This document shows positions 1 through 9,335 of a DNA stretch of 50,339 nt, piece by piece. The notes beneath the pieces are model-generated. The model saw nothing but the letters and a program-made list of their open reading frames with translations, made no database searches and was not told the DNA's origin. The DNA is taken from the NCBI GenBank assembly GCA_021836725.1, contig JAKBHL010000005.1, positions 1-50,339 of the forward strand. Reading direction: 5' to 3'. Positions within the stretch are counted from its first letter, which is position 1, and each line of letters begins with the position of its first letter. Source of the stretch: a bacterium (GTDB taxonomy: Bacteria > Patescibacteriota > Minisyncoccia > Phycocordibacterales > Phycocordibacteraceae). Position numbers and translations under genes: made by a program.

Positions 1-3
1 CCA

Positions 4-32
4 CATACGCGGCGCCTCCGGCGCCGTGTATG
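4..32 (-). terminator. Hairpin downstream of rpsA, probable terminator
   Basis: CATACGCGGCGCC-TCC-GGCGCCGTGTATG, 13-bp stem with one non-Watson-Crick pair, 36 nt past the rpsA stop; any U-tail would lie outside the window. Confidence 0.5.
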
Positions 33-68
33 CGTTTCAACTCACCCACAATTATTTAACATTTAATA

Positions 69-1187
69 TTATTTCTTCTTGCCCACAAACGTGAGGGTCA
101 TGCGCTGGTCCTTCGGTTCAAAGAGAGAGATCTCAAAAGGATACGTTTTCCCGAGCTCGAGCGTCTCGCGAAGCGCCGCAGGCGTTGCGAATTCGGAAAC
201 ATGCACAAGACCGGCAACGCCTTCTTCAATGGAGGCGAGCGCGCCGTGTTTGTTGTACTTGATCACGACGCCCGGCACTTCCATTCCCTTCTTGTAGCGT
301 TCGGCGGCGGTGTGCCACGGATTTTCACGCAACGCTTTTATGGAGAGCGAGATCTTGCCATCCTTTATTTCGATGACCTTCACTTTCACCTCGTCCCCGA
401 TGTTGAAGAGCGCATGCGGGTCCTCGACGAGACCCCAATCAAGCTCGCTGATATGGACAAGCCCTTCGAGCCCAGGTTCGAGCTTCACGAAGACGCCGAA
501 ATCGACGATGCCCGTCACTTCGCCGGTCGTCGCATCTCCGACCTGGTACTTGTCGATGAGCGAAGCTTTTTCCTCGGCTTCATTTCCGGTACGTTCCGAG
601 AAGATGAGTTTGCCCTCCTTCGCGTCGGCGGTGATGATACGCACCGAAAGCGGGTGGCCGACCAGCCGCATGAGCTCGCCGAGGATCTTCTCCTTGTCGC
701 CTTCGGGAACGCGCGGATAGTGCTCTTTGGAGAGCTGGGAGGCGGGAAGGAATCCCTGGATGCCCTGCCAGGAGAGAATGAGTCCGCCCTTGTTCGCTTC
801 CTCGACAGTGAGCGAGTAGGGCGTCTGCGCCACGATGGCTTGCTCGGCTTCGCCCCAAATGGCCGCTTGGCGCGCTTCCTTGAGGGAAAGTTCGATGTAG
901 CCCTCGCGGCCGGCGGGATCGACGACTTTCGCGCTGATGGTATCGCCCTGGTTCGCTTTTCTGAGCACATCGGCGGCGTTCAGGTACTCGCGTCCGTAAA
1001 TGAGGCCGGTGCCAAAGGGCGGGAGGTCGACGTACACGCGCCCGCGGCTGATAGCGATAATCGTGCCCTCGACCAGATCGCCGGATGCGGGCGGCATCGG
1101 GATAGCGTCAAGAAACGCAGCCATCGGATGGCCTTCTTCCAGATGAATGGTTGCCACAGGCGCGGCAATCTTTTTCTCTTCGGACAT
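69..1187 (-). CDS. rpsA: 30S ribosomal protein S1 (short form, about 4 S1 domains)
   Basis: Repeated S1 motifs (GFLPASQL, DFGVFVKLEPGLEGLVHISEL, GLVHVSE); 372 aa. Confidence 0.85.
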   Translation of the reverse strand: MSEEKKIAAPVATIHLEEGHPMAAFLDAIPMPPASGDLVEGTIIAISRGRVYVDLPPFGTGLIYGREYLNAADVLRKANQGDTISAKVVDPAGREGYIELSLKEARQAAIWGEAEQAIVAQTPYSLTVEEANKGGLILSWQGIQGFLPASQLSKEHYPRVPEGDKEKILGELMRLVGHPLSVRIITADAKEGKLIFSERTGNEAEEKASLIDKYQVGDATTGEVTGIVDFGVFVKLEPGLEGLVHISELDWGLVEDPHALFNIGDEVKVKVIEIKDGKISLSIKALRENPWHTAAERYKKGMEVPGVVIKYNKHGALASIEEGVAGLVHVSEFATPAALRETLELGKTYPFEISLFEPKDQRMTLTFVGKKK

Positions 1188-1320
1188 ATTTATACAATGC
1201 GGTGCGGATTTTCGAGAAGGGTACTGCGCTCCTTTGAGTGCAGGGTTAGCGCCTTCCTACTGCGCACGCTGACGTTGCCGACTGTAGCATAGAAGGCCCG
1301 AAAATGCTAGAATGCATAGG

Positions 1321-1962
1321 ATGGTCATCACGCATCATGGCGGGCAATGTTTCAAGGTGACTTTCGGCGATCTCACGCTCGTCTTTGACCCCATAGCCAA
1401 GGGCGCTACGCTGCCCCCGGTGCGTTTCGGCGCGGACATCGCGCTCGTCTCGCGGGATCATCCGGATATGAATGGCATCGGGGAGGTAACCTTCGGAGAA
1501 AAAATCCCTTTCCCCATTACCGGCCCGGGCGAGTACGAACGGCAGGGCGTCGTCGCTCAAGGGTTCCTTTCAGAGAGCGGGTATGGTCTTGAGAAGGGCA
1601 AAGAGAAAGCGCTTAATACCATCTATAGCGTCCGGCTCGAGGACATGACGCTCGTCCATCTGGGCGCCCTCCAAAATGCGGAGCTTCCGAGGGAAGCGCG
1701 CGAAGGCATCGATGAAATAGACGTGCTCTTTATCCCGATCGGGGGCACAGGCGTCCTCTCGGCCGCCGCCGCGCATGAGCTCGCAGTATCGCTTGAGCCG
1801 AAAATCATCATCCCGATGCACTGGAGCGGCATCGGGAAGCCCGCATCCCTCGAGGCCTATCTGAAGGAAGCCGGGAACGGAAGCGAAAAAGTAGAAAAAC
1901 TCACTTTGAAGAAAAAGGACCTTATTGGCCGCGACGGGAGTATACTGGTGGTAACACCTTAA
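1321..1962 (+). CDS. MBL-fold metallo-hydrolase
   Basis: ITHHGGQCFKV...VFDP, SRDHPDMN, GPGEYE, HLGAL and IIPMHW motifs; start set at 1321, 7 nt after TAGAAT. Confidence 0.75.
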   Translation: MVITHHGGQCFKVTFGDLTLVFDPIAKGATLPPVRFGADIALVSRDHPDMNGIGEVTFGEKIPFPITGPGEYERQGVVAQGFLSESGYGLEKGKEKALNTIYSVRLEDMTLVHLGALQNAELPREAREGIDEIDVLFIPIGGTGVLSAAAAHELAVSLEPKIIIPMHWSGIGKPASLEAYLKEAGNGSEKVEKLTLKKKDLIGRDGSILVVTP

Positions 1963-1968
1963 AAACGT

Positions 1969-2331
1969 ATGAAAACCCTTTTTGAACACATCGAGTACGT
2001 ACAAGGGAAACCGCGCCACGTGCGCGAGCGGATCGCCTTCGGCGCAGCTGCGGGCGGCACGGCGCTCATCGCGCTTGTGTGGTTTGCCGGCACGCTCGCT
2101 TCGGGAACGCTCGCCATACACGCAAGCTCGTTCGCCGCGGCTGCCGGGCAGGGACAGATCGTTGCAACCGAAAACGCAAATCAGAACAACAGTACGGGCG
2201 TAGCCGCGGTCGCGGCCGCATCCGGAGGGAGTGCGGGGAATGCATCAGCGCCGGCGCATATCGAGATCATCAACGCGCCCTCCGCAACGTCTTCGGCGGC
2301 GCAGACCGATCGGACGACCATACCGTTCTAA
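1969..2331 (+). CDS. Small single-pass membrane protein, hypothetical
   Basis: One hydrophobic helix after [11 protein letters not shown] and an Ala/Ser-rich tail; fills the gap between the MBL gene and gyrA. Confidence 0.65.
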   Translation: MKTLFEHIEYVQGKPRHVRERIAFGAAAGGTALIALVWFAGTLASGTLAIHASSFAAAAGQGQIVATENANQNNSTGVAAVAAASGGSAGNASAPAHIEIINAPSATSSAAQTDRTTIPF

Positions 2332-2353
2332 GCGCGCGCTTAATCACATCATC

Positions 2354-4834
2354 ATGGCGCGCGGGAAGGAAGATAAGGAAAACAATGCGGCGGCATCAGC
2401 CGCTTCCGCGAATATCATCGATCAGCCGATCGTCGCGGAGATGCGCGCCTCGTATCTCGATTATGCGATGTCGGTCATTACGAGCCGCGCGCTTCCGGAT
2501 GTGCGCGACGGGCTGAAGCCCGTGCACCGCCGCATCCTCTATGCGATGAAGGACATGGGGCTCGTTCCCGGGGGGAAATTCAGAAAGAGCGCCACCGTGG
2601 TCGGCGAAGTGCTCGGCAAATACCATCCGCACGGCGACACCGCCGTCTATGACTCGATGGCAAAGATGGCCCAGGAATTCTCGTATCGTTACCCGCTCGT
2701 CCTCGGCCAGGGTAACTTCGGTTCGGTCGACGGCGACTCGCCCGCAGCCATGCGGTACACCGAAGCGAAGATGTCGCGCATCGCCGAAGCGCTCCTCCAG
2801 GATCTTGAGAAAGAGACCGTTGCGTGGAATCCGAACTACGACGCGACGCGCGAAGAACCGAACGTCCTCCCTGCGGCGCTTCCGAACCTGCTCTTGAACG
2901 GCACTCTCGGCATCGCGGTCGGGATGGCGACTAGCATCCCGCCGCACAATCTGCGCGAGGTCGTCGCGGCGACCATCCATCTCATTGATAATCCGGGCGC
3001 TACCACCGACGATTTGCTCGCATTTGTAAAAGGCCCCGATTTCCCCCTCGGCGGCGTCGCTTTCGGCCAGACGGATATCAAACACGCGTATGGTTCGGGC
3101 CGGGGGCCGGTGGTGGTGCGCGGCGAGGCGGAGATCGTCGACGACGGAAAGAAAGACACGCGCATCATCATCACCTCGATCCCGTATCGCGTGAACAAGA
3201 GCGAGCTCATCGCCCGTATCGCGGAGTTGGTGCAGGAAAAGAAGCTTGAGGGCATCCGCGACCTGCGCGACGAATCGACGAGCGATGTCCGCGTGGTGGT
3301 CGAATTGAAGGGAACGGCGCACCCGCAAGCGGTCCTCAACGCCCTCTATAAGCACACCGAGCTCGAAAGCACGTTCCACTACAACATGCTCGCCCTGGTC
3401 GACGGCGTGCCGGAAATGCTCTCGCTTTCGGCCATGTTGGAACAATTCGTGGAGCACCGCCGCGTCGTGGTGAAACGTCGTACCGAATTCGATCTGCGGA
3501 AAGCGCAGGAACGCGAGCACATCCTCCTCGGGCTCTCCAAAGCGCTCGATCACATCGACGAAGTCATCGCTATCATAAAAAAAGCCCCGGATGTCTCAAG
3601 CGCGGATAGCGCTTTGCGTAGCACGTTCGGCTTCTCGCAGTTGCAGACGGCCGCCATCCTCGCGATGCGGCTTCAGACGCTCGCCGGTCTCGAACGCAAG
3701 AAGATAGAAGACGAACTCACCGAGATCCAAGCACTCATCAAAAAGCTCGAGGACATCCTTTCTTCGGCGAAAAAGATCCTTACGGTGGTGAAGAAAGAAC
3801 TCACGGAACTCGCCGAGAAGTACGGCGATGACCGCCGCACCAGAATCGTAAAGGGCGGCGTGCAGAACATTTCAGTGGAAGACCTCGTGCCGGACGAGGA
3901 GTCGATGCTCCTTCTCACGCAGGGCGGTTACGTGAAGCGGACGAATCCGAGCGAATACAAGAGCCAGAAACGCGGCGGCGTCGGCGTCGTCGATATCGCG
4001 ACGAAAGAAGAAGATGTCGTTACGCACTTCCTCGTCACGAGCGCGCATAGCGACCTCCTCTTTTTTACCGATTTCGGGAAAGCATACCAGCTCAAGATGT
4101 ACGAGCTGCCGGAGGGGAAGCGCGCGACCAAAGGCAAAAGCATCATGAATTTCCTCCCGCTCGCGCTCGAAGAGAAAGTGACTTCCATCTTGCCCGTGCC
4201 AAAGGGCGCGGCGCTCGATGCCTCGTCGGTCATCTTTGTGACGGAAGCCGGCGTCGTGAAGCGGGTAGCGGCGAAAGCGTTCGCCGACGTGCGCCGCTCG
4301 GGCATCATCGCCATCAATCTGAAGGATGGCGACAAGCTCGTTTCAGCCAATCATGCGACCGAAGAGGACACGGTATCTCTCGTGACGGCGAAAGGCCAGT
4401 CGATCCGCTTTGCGGTCGAAGACGTGCGGGAAATGGGCCGCACCGCCGGCGGCGTGAAGGGCATGAATGTGAAAAAAGGCGATCGCGTGGTCTCGGCGGA
4501 GGTCATTTCCGAGCTCCATGCGCAGGACGCTTCGCTCCTCGTCATCATGAGCAAGGGCTACGGTAAGCGCACGAAGATTTCAGAATATAAAATCCAAGGC
4601 CGCGGCGGTTCGGGCGTGAAAACCGCGGCAGTAACGCCGAAAACGGGCGAAATCATCGGAGCAAAAATCGTCGTTGGCGACCTGAAAGAAGAAGAGCTCG
4701 TGGTTATTTCAAAGAAAGGACAGGTCATACGGACTTCGGTTGCCGAAATCTCTCTGCTTTCGCGCGCGACTCAGGGCGTCCGCGTCATGCGCCTCTACGA
4801 AGGCGACTCAATCGCCTCGATGGCGGCACTGTAG
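2354..4834 (+). CDS. gyrA: DNA gyrase subunit A
   Basis: [39 protein letters not shown] (catalytic Tyr), GyrA-box QKRGGVG and C-terminal pinwheel repeats. Confidence 0.97.
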   Translation: MARGKEDKENNAAASAASANIIDQPIVAEMRASYLDYAMSVITSRALPDVRDGLKPVHRRILYAMKDMGLVPGGKFRKSATVVGEVLGKYHPHGDTAVYDSMAKMAQEFSYRYPLVLGQGNFGSVDGDSPAAMRYTEAKMSRIAEALLQDLEKETVAWNPNYDATREEPNVLPAALPNLLLNGTLGIAVGMATSIPPHNLREVVAATIHLIDNPGATTDDLLAFVKGPDFPLGGVAFGQTDIKHAYGSGRGPVVVRGEAEIVDDGKKDTRIIITSIPYRVNKSELIARIAELVQEKKLEGIRDLRDESTSDVRVVVELKGTAHPQAVLNALYKHTELESTFHYNMLALVDGVPEMLSLSAMLEQFVEHRRVVVKRRTEFDLRKAQEREHILLGLSKALDHIDEVIAIIKKAPDVSSADSALRSTFGFSQLQTAAILAMRLQTLAGLERKKIEDELTEIQALIKKLEDILSSAKKILTVVKKELTELAEKYGDDRRTRIVKGGVQNISVEDLVPDEESMLLLTQGGYVKRTNPSEYKSQKRGGVGVVDIATKEEDVVTHFLVTSAHSDLLFFTDFGKAYQLKMYELPEGKRATKGKSIMNFLPLALEEKVTSILPVPKGAALDASSVIFVTEAGVVKRVAAKAFADVRRSGIIAINLKDGDKLVSANHATEEDTVSLVTAKGQSIRFAVEDVREMGRTAGGVKGMNVKKGDRVVSAEVISELHAQDASLLVIMSKGYGKRTKISEYKIQGRGGSGVKTAAVTPKTGEIIGAKIVVGDLKEEELVVISKKGQVIRTSVAEISLLSRATQGVRVMRLYEGDSIASMAAL

Positions 4835-4964
4835 AACCCATTTCAAAACCCCCGCTCGGGTGTACGACAGAAAGGAGTACGCCGTCTTTTTGTACTCAAA
4901 AAGCGGCTCGTACTCGCGCCGCCGCGCTCCGTAAGCCTCTTTCTGCCGCACACCCTTCGCGGGG
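4832..4964. repeat. Dispersed structured element, copy 1
   Basis: TAGAACCC...CCCCGCTCGGGTGTACGACAGAAAGGAG[core]CTCTTTCTGCCGCACACCCTTCGCGGGG; homologous to copies at 13488 (reverse), 33602 and 43213; begins at the gyrA TAG. Confidence 0.9.
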
Positions 4965-4985
4965 AGATTGAGTCTTGAGCTGGGG

Positions 4986-5012
4986 ATCTCCTAAGATGTC
5001 ATCTTAGGAGAT
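4986..5012. repeat. Short perfect palindrome with 3-nt loop
   Basis: ATCTCCTAAGAT-GTC-ATCTTAGGAGAT, 12-bp stem; a variant lies at 43353-43371. Confidence 0.7.
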
Positions 5013-5076
5013 TGAAGCTCCCGCTCGTGTTGATTGCGCGGCCCGGAGCGTTCCGCGTGTGGTATTTTGTCTGTAC

Positions 5077-5613
5077 ATGAGCACTCATTTCAGTGACCCG
5101 CGGGAGAACGTGCTACAGCTTGGATTGCATGAGGGGATGAAAGTCGGCGATTTTGGCGCCGGATCGGGCCACTATGCGCGTGCAGCAGCAGCCATCGTGG
5201 GGTCGAGCGGGAAAGTGTACGCGATCGATGTGCAGGAAGACGTGCTCAAGCACCTGAAACTGAACCTGCCCGAACGGTATCAGGGCATCGTCGACACGCT
5301 CTGGGGCGATATCGAGAAACCGCTCGGTACGCACCTGCGCGAGGCGTCGCTTGATGCCGCTATCCTCGCCAACACCTTCTTCCAGATCGAGAATCGTTTC
5401 GGTTTCTTGAACGAGCTCAAGCGCGTGCTTAAGCCCGACGGCAAGCTCATGCTTGTCGACTGGGCGGGCAGTTACGGCGGTATGGGCCCCGCAAGCGAAC
5501 GAGTCGTACCCGAACACGAGGCCGAGGAATTTTTTATCAAAGGCGGCCTCCACAAGGTAAAATCCTTTCGTGCCGGTCCGCACCACTACGGCATTATTTT
5601 TACCGCTCCGTAA
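5077..5613 (+). CDS. Class I SAM-dependent methyltransferase
   Basis: VGDFGAGSG motif I, VYAIDV, RVLKPDGKLMLVDW. Confidence 0.85.
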   Translation: MSTHFSDPRENVLQLGLHEGMKVGDFGAGSGHYARAAAAIVGSSGKVYAIDVQEDVLKHLKLNLPERYQGIVDTLWGDIEKPLGTHLREASLDAAILANTFFQIENRFGFLNELKRVLKPDGKLMLVDWAGSYGGMGPASERVVPEHEAEEFFIKGGLHKVKSFRAGPHHYGIIFTAP

Positions 5614-5616
5614 TCT

Positions 5617-6921
5617 ATGAAAATCTCACTCTTTCAAGGCATTCTCTTCAGCGTCTTCGGTCTTGGCGCGCTCATCGGCCTCTTCGTTTTCTCGACGTAC
5701 ACGAATACCGGCAGTAACAAGAGCGCCGTCGGCACGGTCGTCATCTGGGGCACGCTCCCGAAAGATGAGCTGCACTCGGTCCTTACCGCCATGACGCAGA
5801 CCACCACAAGCCTGAAAGACGTCTCGTACGTGCAGAAAAATCCGGCGACGCTACCGTCTGATCTGGCTGCCGCCATAGCAACGGGCGCGGCGCCGGACCT
5901 CGTCCTCGCTTCGCAGGAGGATCTCCACACGCTCTCGAAATTCATCGCTCCGCTGCCGCCCTCGACGCTTTCGGCAAGCACCTTCTTGAACACGTTTGTC
6001 GCCGAGGGAGGGCTTTTTGCGGCGCCGAACGGCGGCTACTACGGCATACCGTTTCTCGTCGACCCGCTCGTACTCTTTTCAAATCAATCCATCCTTTCCT
6101 CCGACGCTATCGCGAACCCGCCTGCGACGTGGGACGCGCTCATGGGACTCGTGCCGAAGGTCGCGCAGCTGACGCCGTCGCAGCAGATCACTCGCGGCCT
6201 TATCGCGCTTGGCACCTATGACAACGTCCATGATGCGCGCGGGATACTTTCCGCGCTCTTTCTCCAGGCCGGCGTGCCGCTCTCCAGATACTCCTCCGGT
6301 GGCGCTCTCGTCGCCGACCTCGGCGAGAGCAGTTCGAATACCGTCCCGCCCGGGCAATCGGTCGTCGGTTTCTACACGCAATTTGCCGACCCCTCGAAAG
6401 TTTCCTATACCTGGAACGCCTCTCTGCCGGATTCTCAGCAGATGTTTCTCGCGGGGAATCTCGCGCTCTACCTCGGCTACGCTTCCGAAGCGCAGTACCT
6501 GCAGGCGGCAAACCCGAACCTCAATTTTGAGGTCACCCCGCTGCCACAGCCGGCGACCGCTTCGACGAAAGTCACGTACGGCCTCGTCTACGCGTTCATG
6601 ATCCCGCGCGGCGCGAAGAATCCCGCGGGCGCCTATCAAGCCGCCTCGCTTCTGACCGGCTCCTCCGCACAGGCCGCCGCCGCTCTCGCGACCGGACTCG
6701 CGCCGGCAGTGCGCAGCGACCTCGCATCCGCGCCTGCCAATCCCATTGCCGCCGTAGCGTATGACGAGGCGCTCTATGCCGAGGGGTGGCTGTCCCCAGC
6801 ACCCGCCGACACCAACCGGGTTTTCTCGAGTATGATTAACGACGTGATAAGCGGCCGCTCAACTCTGGATACCGCGCTCGTTTCCGCCGCGAGCACGTTA
6901 AGCTCGCTCCTACAGAAATGA
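5617..6921 (+). CDS. Extracellular solute-binding protein (sugar-binding type), N-terminally anchored
   Basis: N-terminal TM helix, VVIWG, APDLV, YGIPFLVDPLVLFSN, PPATWD, FLAGNLALY. Confidence 0.75.
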   Translation: MKISLFQGILFSVFGLGALIGLFVFSTYTNTGSNKSAVGTVVIWGTLPKDELHSVLTAMTQTTTSLKDVSYVQKNPATLPSDLAAAIATGAAPDLVLASQEDLHTLSKFIAPLPPSTLSASTFLNTFVAEGGLFAAPNGGYYGIPFLVDPLVLFSNQSILSSDAIANPPATWDALMGLVPKVAQLTPSQQITRGLIALGTYDNVHDARGILSALFLQAGVPLSRYSSGGALVADLGESSSNTVPPGQSVVGFYTQFADPSKVSYTWNASLPDSQQMFLAGNLALYLGYASEAQYLQAANPNLNFEVTPLPQPATASTKVTYGLVYAFMIPRGAKNPAGAYQAASLLTGSSAQAAAALATGLAPAVRSDLASAPANPIAAVAYDEALYAEGWLSPAPADTNRVFSSMINDVISGRSTLDTALVSAASTLSSLLQK

Positions 6922-7469
6922 CCATGCGCCCTTTCATCCTCGCCGCATTCGCCCTCTTTGCCCTCACGCTCGCGCCTGCGGCGCTCGCGCAAACCGTACT
7001 ACCTCCTCCGGGCGGCTCTTGCCACTCCGATAGCGATTGCCCGCCGTGGCATTTTTGTAGTTCTATTACCAAGACCTGTACCCCGGATTCGGTCCAAACA
7101 ACCCCCTCTCCAACACAATCGACCGGAAACGGGACTCCGACTCAATCAACCGGAAACTCGTCAAATCCCTCTACCTCCGGTTCCGGCCAGAACACGACTC
7201 TCATCAATCCGCTTGGCGCGGGTACGAGCCTTCCGGTCCTTCTGAAAGACATCTTGCAACTCATCGTGCAGGTCGGCACCGTTGTCATCGTCCTCATGCT
7301 GGTGTACGTCGGTTTCCTCTTCGTGACGGCGCGCGGGGAGCCGGGCAAGATTACGGCCGCGCGCACGGCGCTCCTGTGGACGGTCGTCGGCGCCCTGATC
7401 CTTCTTGGAGCGCAGGCGATATCGCTTGGCATCCAGTCCACGGTGCAGGCGCTCTCGACCGGCCCTTAG
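6918..7469 (+). CDS. VirB2/TrbC-like pilin 1 with Cys-rich module and T/S/P linker
   Basis: Signal peptide, CHSDSDCPPWHFC...C, two PTQSTGN repeats, LINPLG, two TM helices joined by TARGEPGKITAARTALLWTVVG. Confidence 0.75.
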   Translation: MTMRPFILAAFALFALTLAPAALAQTVLPPPGGSCHSDSDCPPWHFCSSITKTCTPDSVQTTPSPTQSTGNGTPTQSTGNSSNPSTSGSGQNTTLINPLGAGTSLPVLLKDILQLIVQVGTVVIVLMLVYVGFLFVTARGEPGKITAARTALLWTVVGALILLGAQAISLGIQSTVQALSTGP

Positions 7470-7470
7470 T

Positions 7471-7734
7471 ATGACCTTCGCTCAATTTGTCGGCAGCGGC
7501 ACCACCGGCATCATCGGCGCTCTGAACACCGTCGTCGTGCCGTTCATTTTCGCGCTCGCCTTCGCCTCATTCATCTGGGGCGTCGCGAATTATTTTTTTC
7601 TTCATGGCGGGGAAGACAAGAGCCGCGAAGAAGGGAAGCAATTCATCCTGTGGGGCATCCTCGGCATGGTGGTGCTCTTTTCCGTCTGGGGGCTGGTGAA
7701 TATGCTGTTATCCACGCTCGGCATCGCGCCCTGA
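7471..7734 (+). CDS. VirB2/TrbC-like pilin 2
   Basis: PFIFALAFASFIWGV...GGEDKSREEGKQFILWGILGMVVLFSVWGLV hairpin motif. Confidence 0.75.
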   Translation: MTFAQFVGSGTTGIIGALNTVVVPFIFALAFASFIWGVANYFFLHGGEDKSREEGKQFILWGILGMVVLFSVWGLVNMLLSTLGIAP

Positions 7735-7759
7735 GCATAACGTGTCATACTTACCCTAT

Positions 7760-8203
7760 ATGAAATCCATCACCCGCCTCGCTTCCGCGCTCGTTGTCCT
7801 CATCGCGCTCGTTCTCCCGTCCGCGGCCTTTGCGTACACGTCTCTCTATTCGGGCCCGGGCGGTTTCGGGTTCAGCAACGGCCATTTCTCGATCGCGTTC
7901 GGGTCGGGCGCCATGTGCGGCAATACTGTCTGCCAGGTCGCGACCACCATCCTCTATCTCATCAATTCGGTCTTAGTACCGCTCCTCTTCGCTATCGCTT
8001 TCATCATGTTCCTCTACGGAGTCGCTAGGGCGTATATTTTTTCCGGCGGTGATGCCGCGAAGAGAGAGGAAGGCCATAAGCTCATCCTCTGGGGCATCAT
8101 CGGTTTCGTCGTGATGGTATCGCTCTGGGGCCTCGTCAACATCGTTGCAAACACGTTCGGGCTCGCGGGCTACGGCGCACCACCGTTGCCGACATCGTAT
8201 TAG
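7760..8203 (+). CDS. VirB2/TrbC-like pilin 3
   Basis: Signal peptide (AFA), PLLFAIAFIMFLYGV...KREEGHKLILWGIIGFVVMVSLWGLV. Confidence 0.75.
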   Translation: MKSITRLASALVVLIALVLPSAAFAYTSLYSGPGGFGFSNGHFSIAFGSGAMCGNTVCQVATTILYLINSVLVPLLFAIAFIMFLYGVARAYIFSGGDAAKREEGHKLILWGIIGFVVMVSLWGLVNIVANTFGLAGYGAPPLPTSY

Positions 8204-8214
8204 CAAAAACTACC

Positions 8215-8514
8215 ATGGGTGGCATCAACACATCATATTTGCAGGGTTACGCGAGCAGCGTCATCGGCATCATCAACGGCCTCTTCGTGCCGGTGCTCAT
8301 CTCCATCGCCTTCATTACGTTCCTTTGGGGCGTCTACAAGTACTTTATCGCCGGCGCGGCGAGCGATACCGAGCGCGAAGAGGGTCGGAAATTCATCCTC
8401 TGGGGCATCATCGGTTTCGTCGTCATCTTCTCCGTCTGGGGACTCGTCGGAATTGTCGGCAGCACGCTCGGCCTTTCGCCGGGCGGCGGTCCGCCTTCCT
8501 ACCCGACACTCTAA
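8215..8514 (+). CDS. VirB2/TrbC-like pilin 4
   Basis: PVLISIAFITFLWGV...EREEGRKFILWGIIGFVVIFSVWGLV. Confidence 0.75.
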   Translation: MGGINTSYLQGYASSVIGIINGLFVPVLISIAFITFLWGVYKYFIAGAASDTEREEGRKFILWGIIGFVVIFSVWGLVGIVGSTLGLSPGGGPPSYPTL

Positions 8515-8542
8515 TGCTATCCACACACATCGCCGCAGGATA

Positions 8543-8570
8543 TTGACCGGAGCCGCAGGAAAGTTACAAT
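8543..8570 (+). promoter_or_regulatory. Sigma70-like promoter upstream of pilin 5
   Basis: TTGACC-16 nt-TACAAT; GCCGCAGGA direct repeats at 8532-8540 and 8552-8560. Confidence 0.55.
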
Positions 8571-8596
8571 TACCCCGTTATTCCTTTATCTATCCT

Positions 8597-8971
8597 ATGA
8601 AAAAAGCCCTTGCTTTCACCGCCCTCACGCTCTCCGTTTTCGCGCCACTCGTTTCTTTCGCCGCCATCAACAATGTTTCAGACGTCGGTTCGCTCATCAT
8701 CAATACGATCAATAACGTCGTCGTACCGGTTCTTTTCGCCATCGCATTCATCGTCTTCCTCTGGGGCGCGTTCAATGCTTTCATCCTCGGCGCCAATTCC
8801 GATGATGTGAAGGAGAAGGGCAAGAACCTCATGCTCTGGGGCCTTATCGGCTTCTTCGTGATGGTCTCGATCTGGGGCCTCGTGAACATCCTCACCGGCA
8901 CCATCAGCTTCGGCAACAACACAGGACCGACCGGCGGCACGCCGAAGGCGGGCGTCCAGATCGGCGGCTAA
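8597..8971 (+). CDS. VirB2/TrbC-like pilin 5
   Basis: Signal peptide MKKALAF...SFA, PVLFAIAFIVFLWGA...KEKGKNLMLWGLIGFFVMVSIWGLV. Confidence 0.75.
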   Translation: MKKALAFTALTLSVFAPLVSFAAINNVSDVGSLIINTINNVVVPVLFAIAFIVFLWGAFNAFILGANSDDVKEKGKNLMLWGLIGFFVMVSIWGLVNILTGTISFGNNTGPTGGTPKAGVQIGG

Positions 8972-8983
8972 CCCTCCCGTTTC

Positions 8984-9244
8984 GTGAACGCATTCCTCGC
9001 GAGGGTCGTCACGCAGGTTATCAATCCGATTATCCTGCTTCTGGCCGCCGGCGCATTCGTGGTGTTCCTGTGGGGCGTGTTTGAGTTCATCGTACACGCA
9101 GGTGACGAGACGAAACGCAAAGAGGGCAGGAACGGTATCTTTTGGGGCCTCATCGGCCTGGTAATCATCTTCGGCGCATACGGCATCATTAATACGGTGC
9201 TCAATACGTTCAACCTGCCGCCGATCCAAAAAATCTCGCAATAA
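8984..9244 (+). CDS. VirB2/TrbC-like pilin 6
   Basis: GTG start; INPIILLLAAGAFVVFLWGV...AGDETKRKEGRNGIFWGLIG. Confidence 0.72.
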   Translation: MNAFLARVVTQVINPIILLLAAGAFVVFLWGVFEFIVHAGDETKRKEGRNGIFWGLIGLVIIFGAYGIINTVLNTFNLPPIQKISQ

Positions 9245-9279
9245 TAAATAATGGAAGACGGTGAGGAGGGGAAATAAAA

Positions 9280-9305
9280 AAGGCCGCACATTGCTGTGCG
9301 GCCTT
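9280..9305 (-). terminator. Intrinsic terminator for the SPFH operon, possibly bidirectional
   Basis: AAGGCCGCACA-TTGC-TGTGCGGCCTT preceded by an A-run on the + strand (U-tail on the - strand). Confidence 0.75.
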
Positions 9306-9335
9306 CGCCCAAAGAACATCCGGAGTACGTCGAAA

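Noticed and set aside
201-1292. Long antisense or alternative-frame ORFs (also 2396-3553, 13679-14602, 19319-20236, 42099-43241)
   Set aside because: They are shadows of well-supported genes in GC-rich DNA and have no recognisable motifs.
2354-4834. ParC instead of GyrA
   Set aside because: The GyrA-box QKRGGVG is present.
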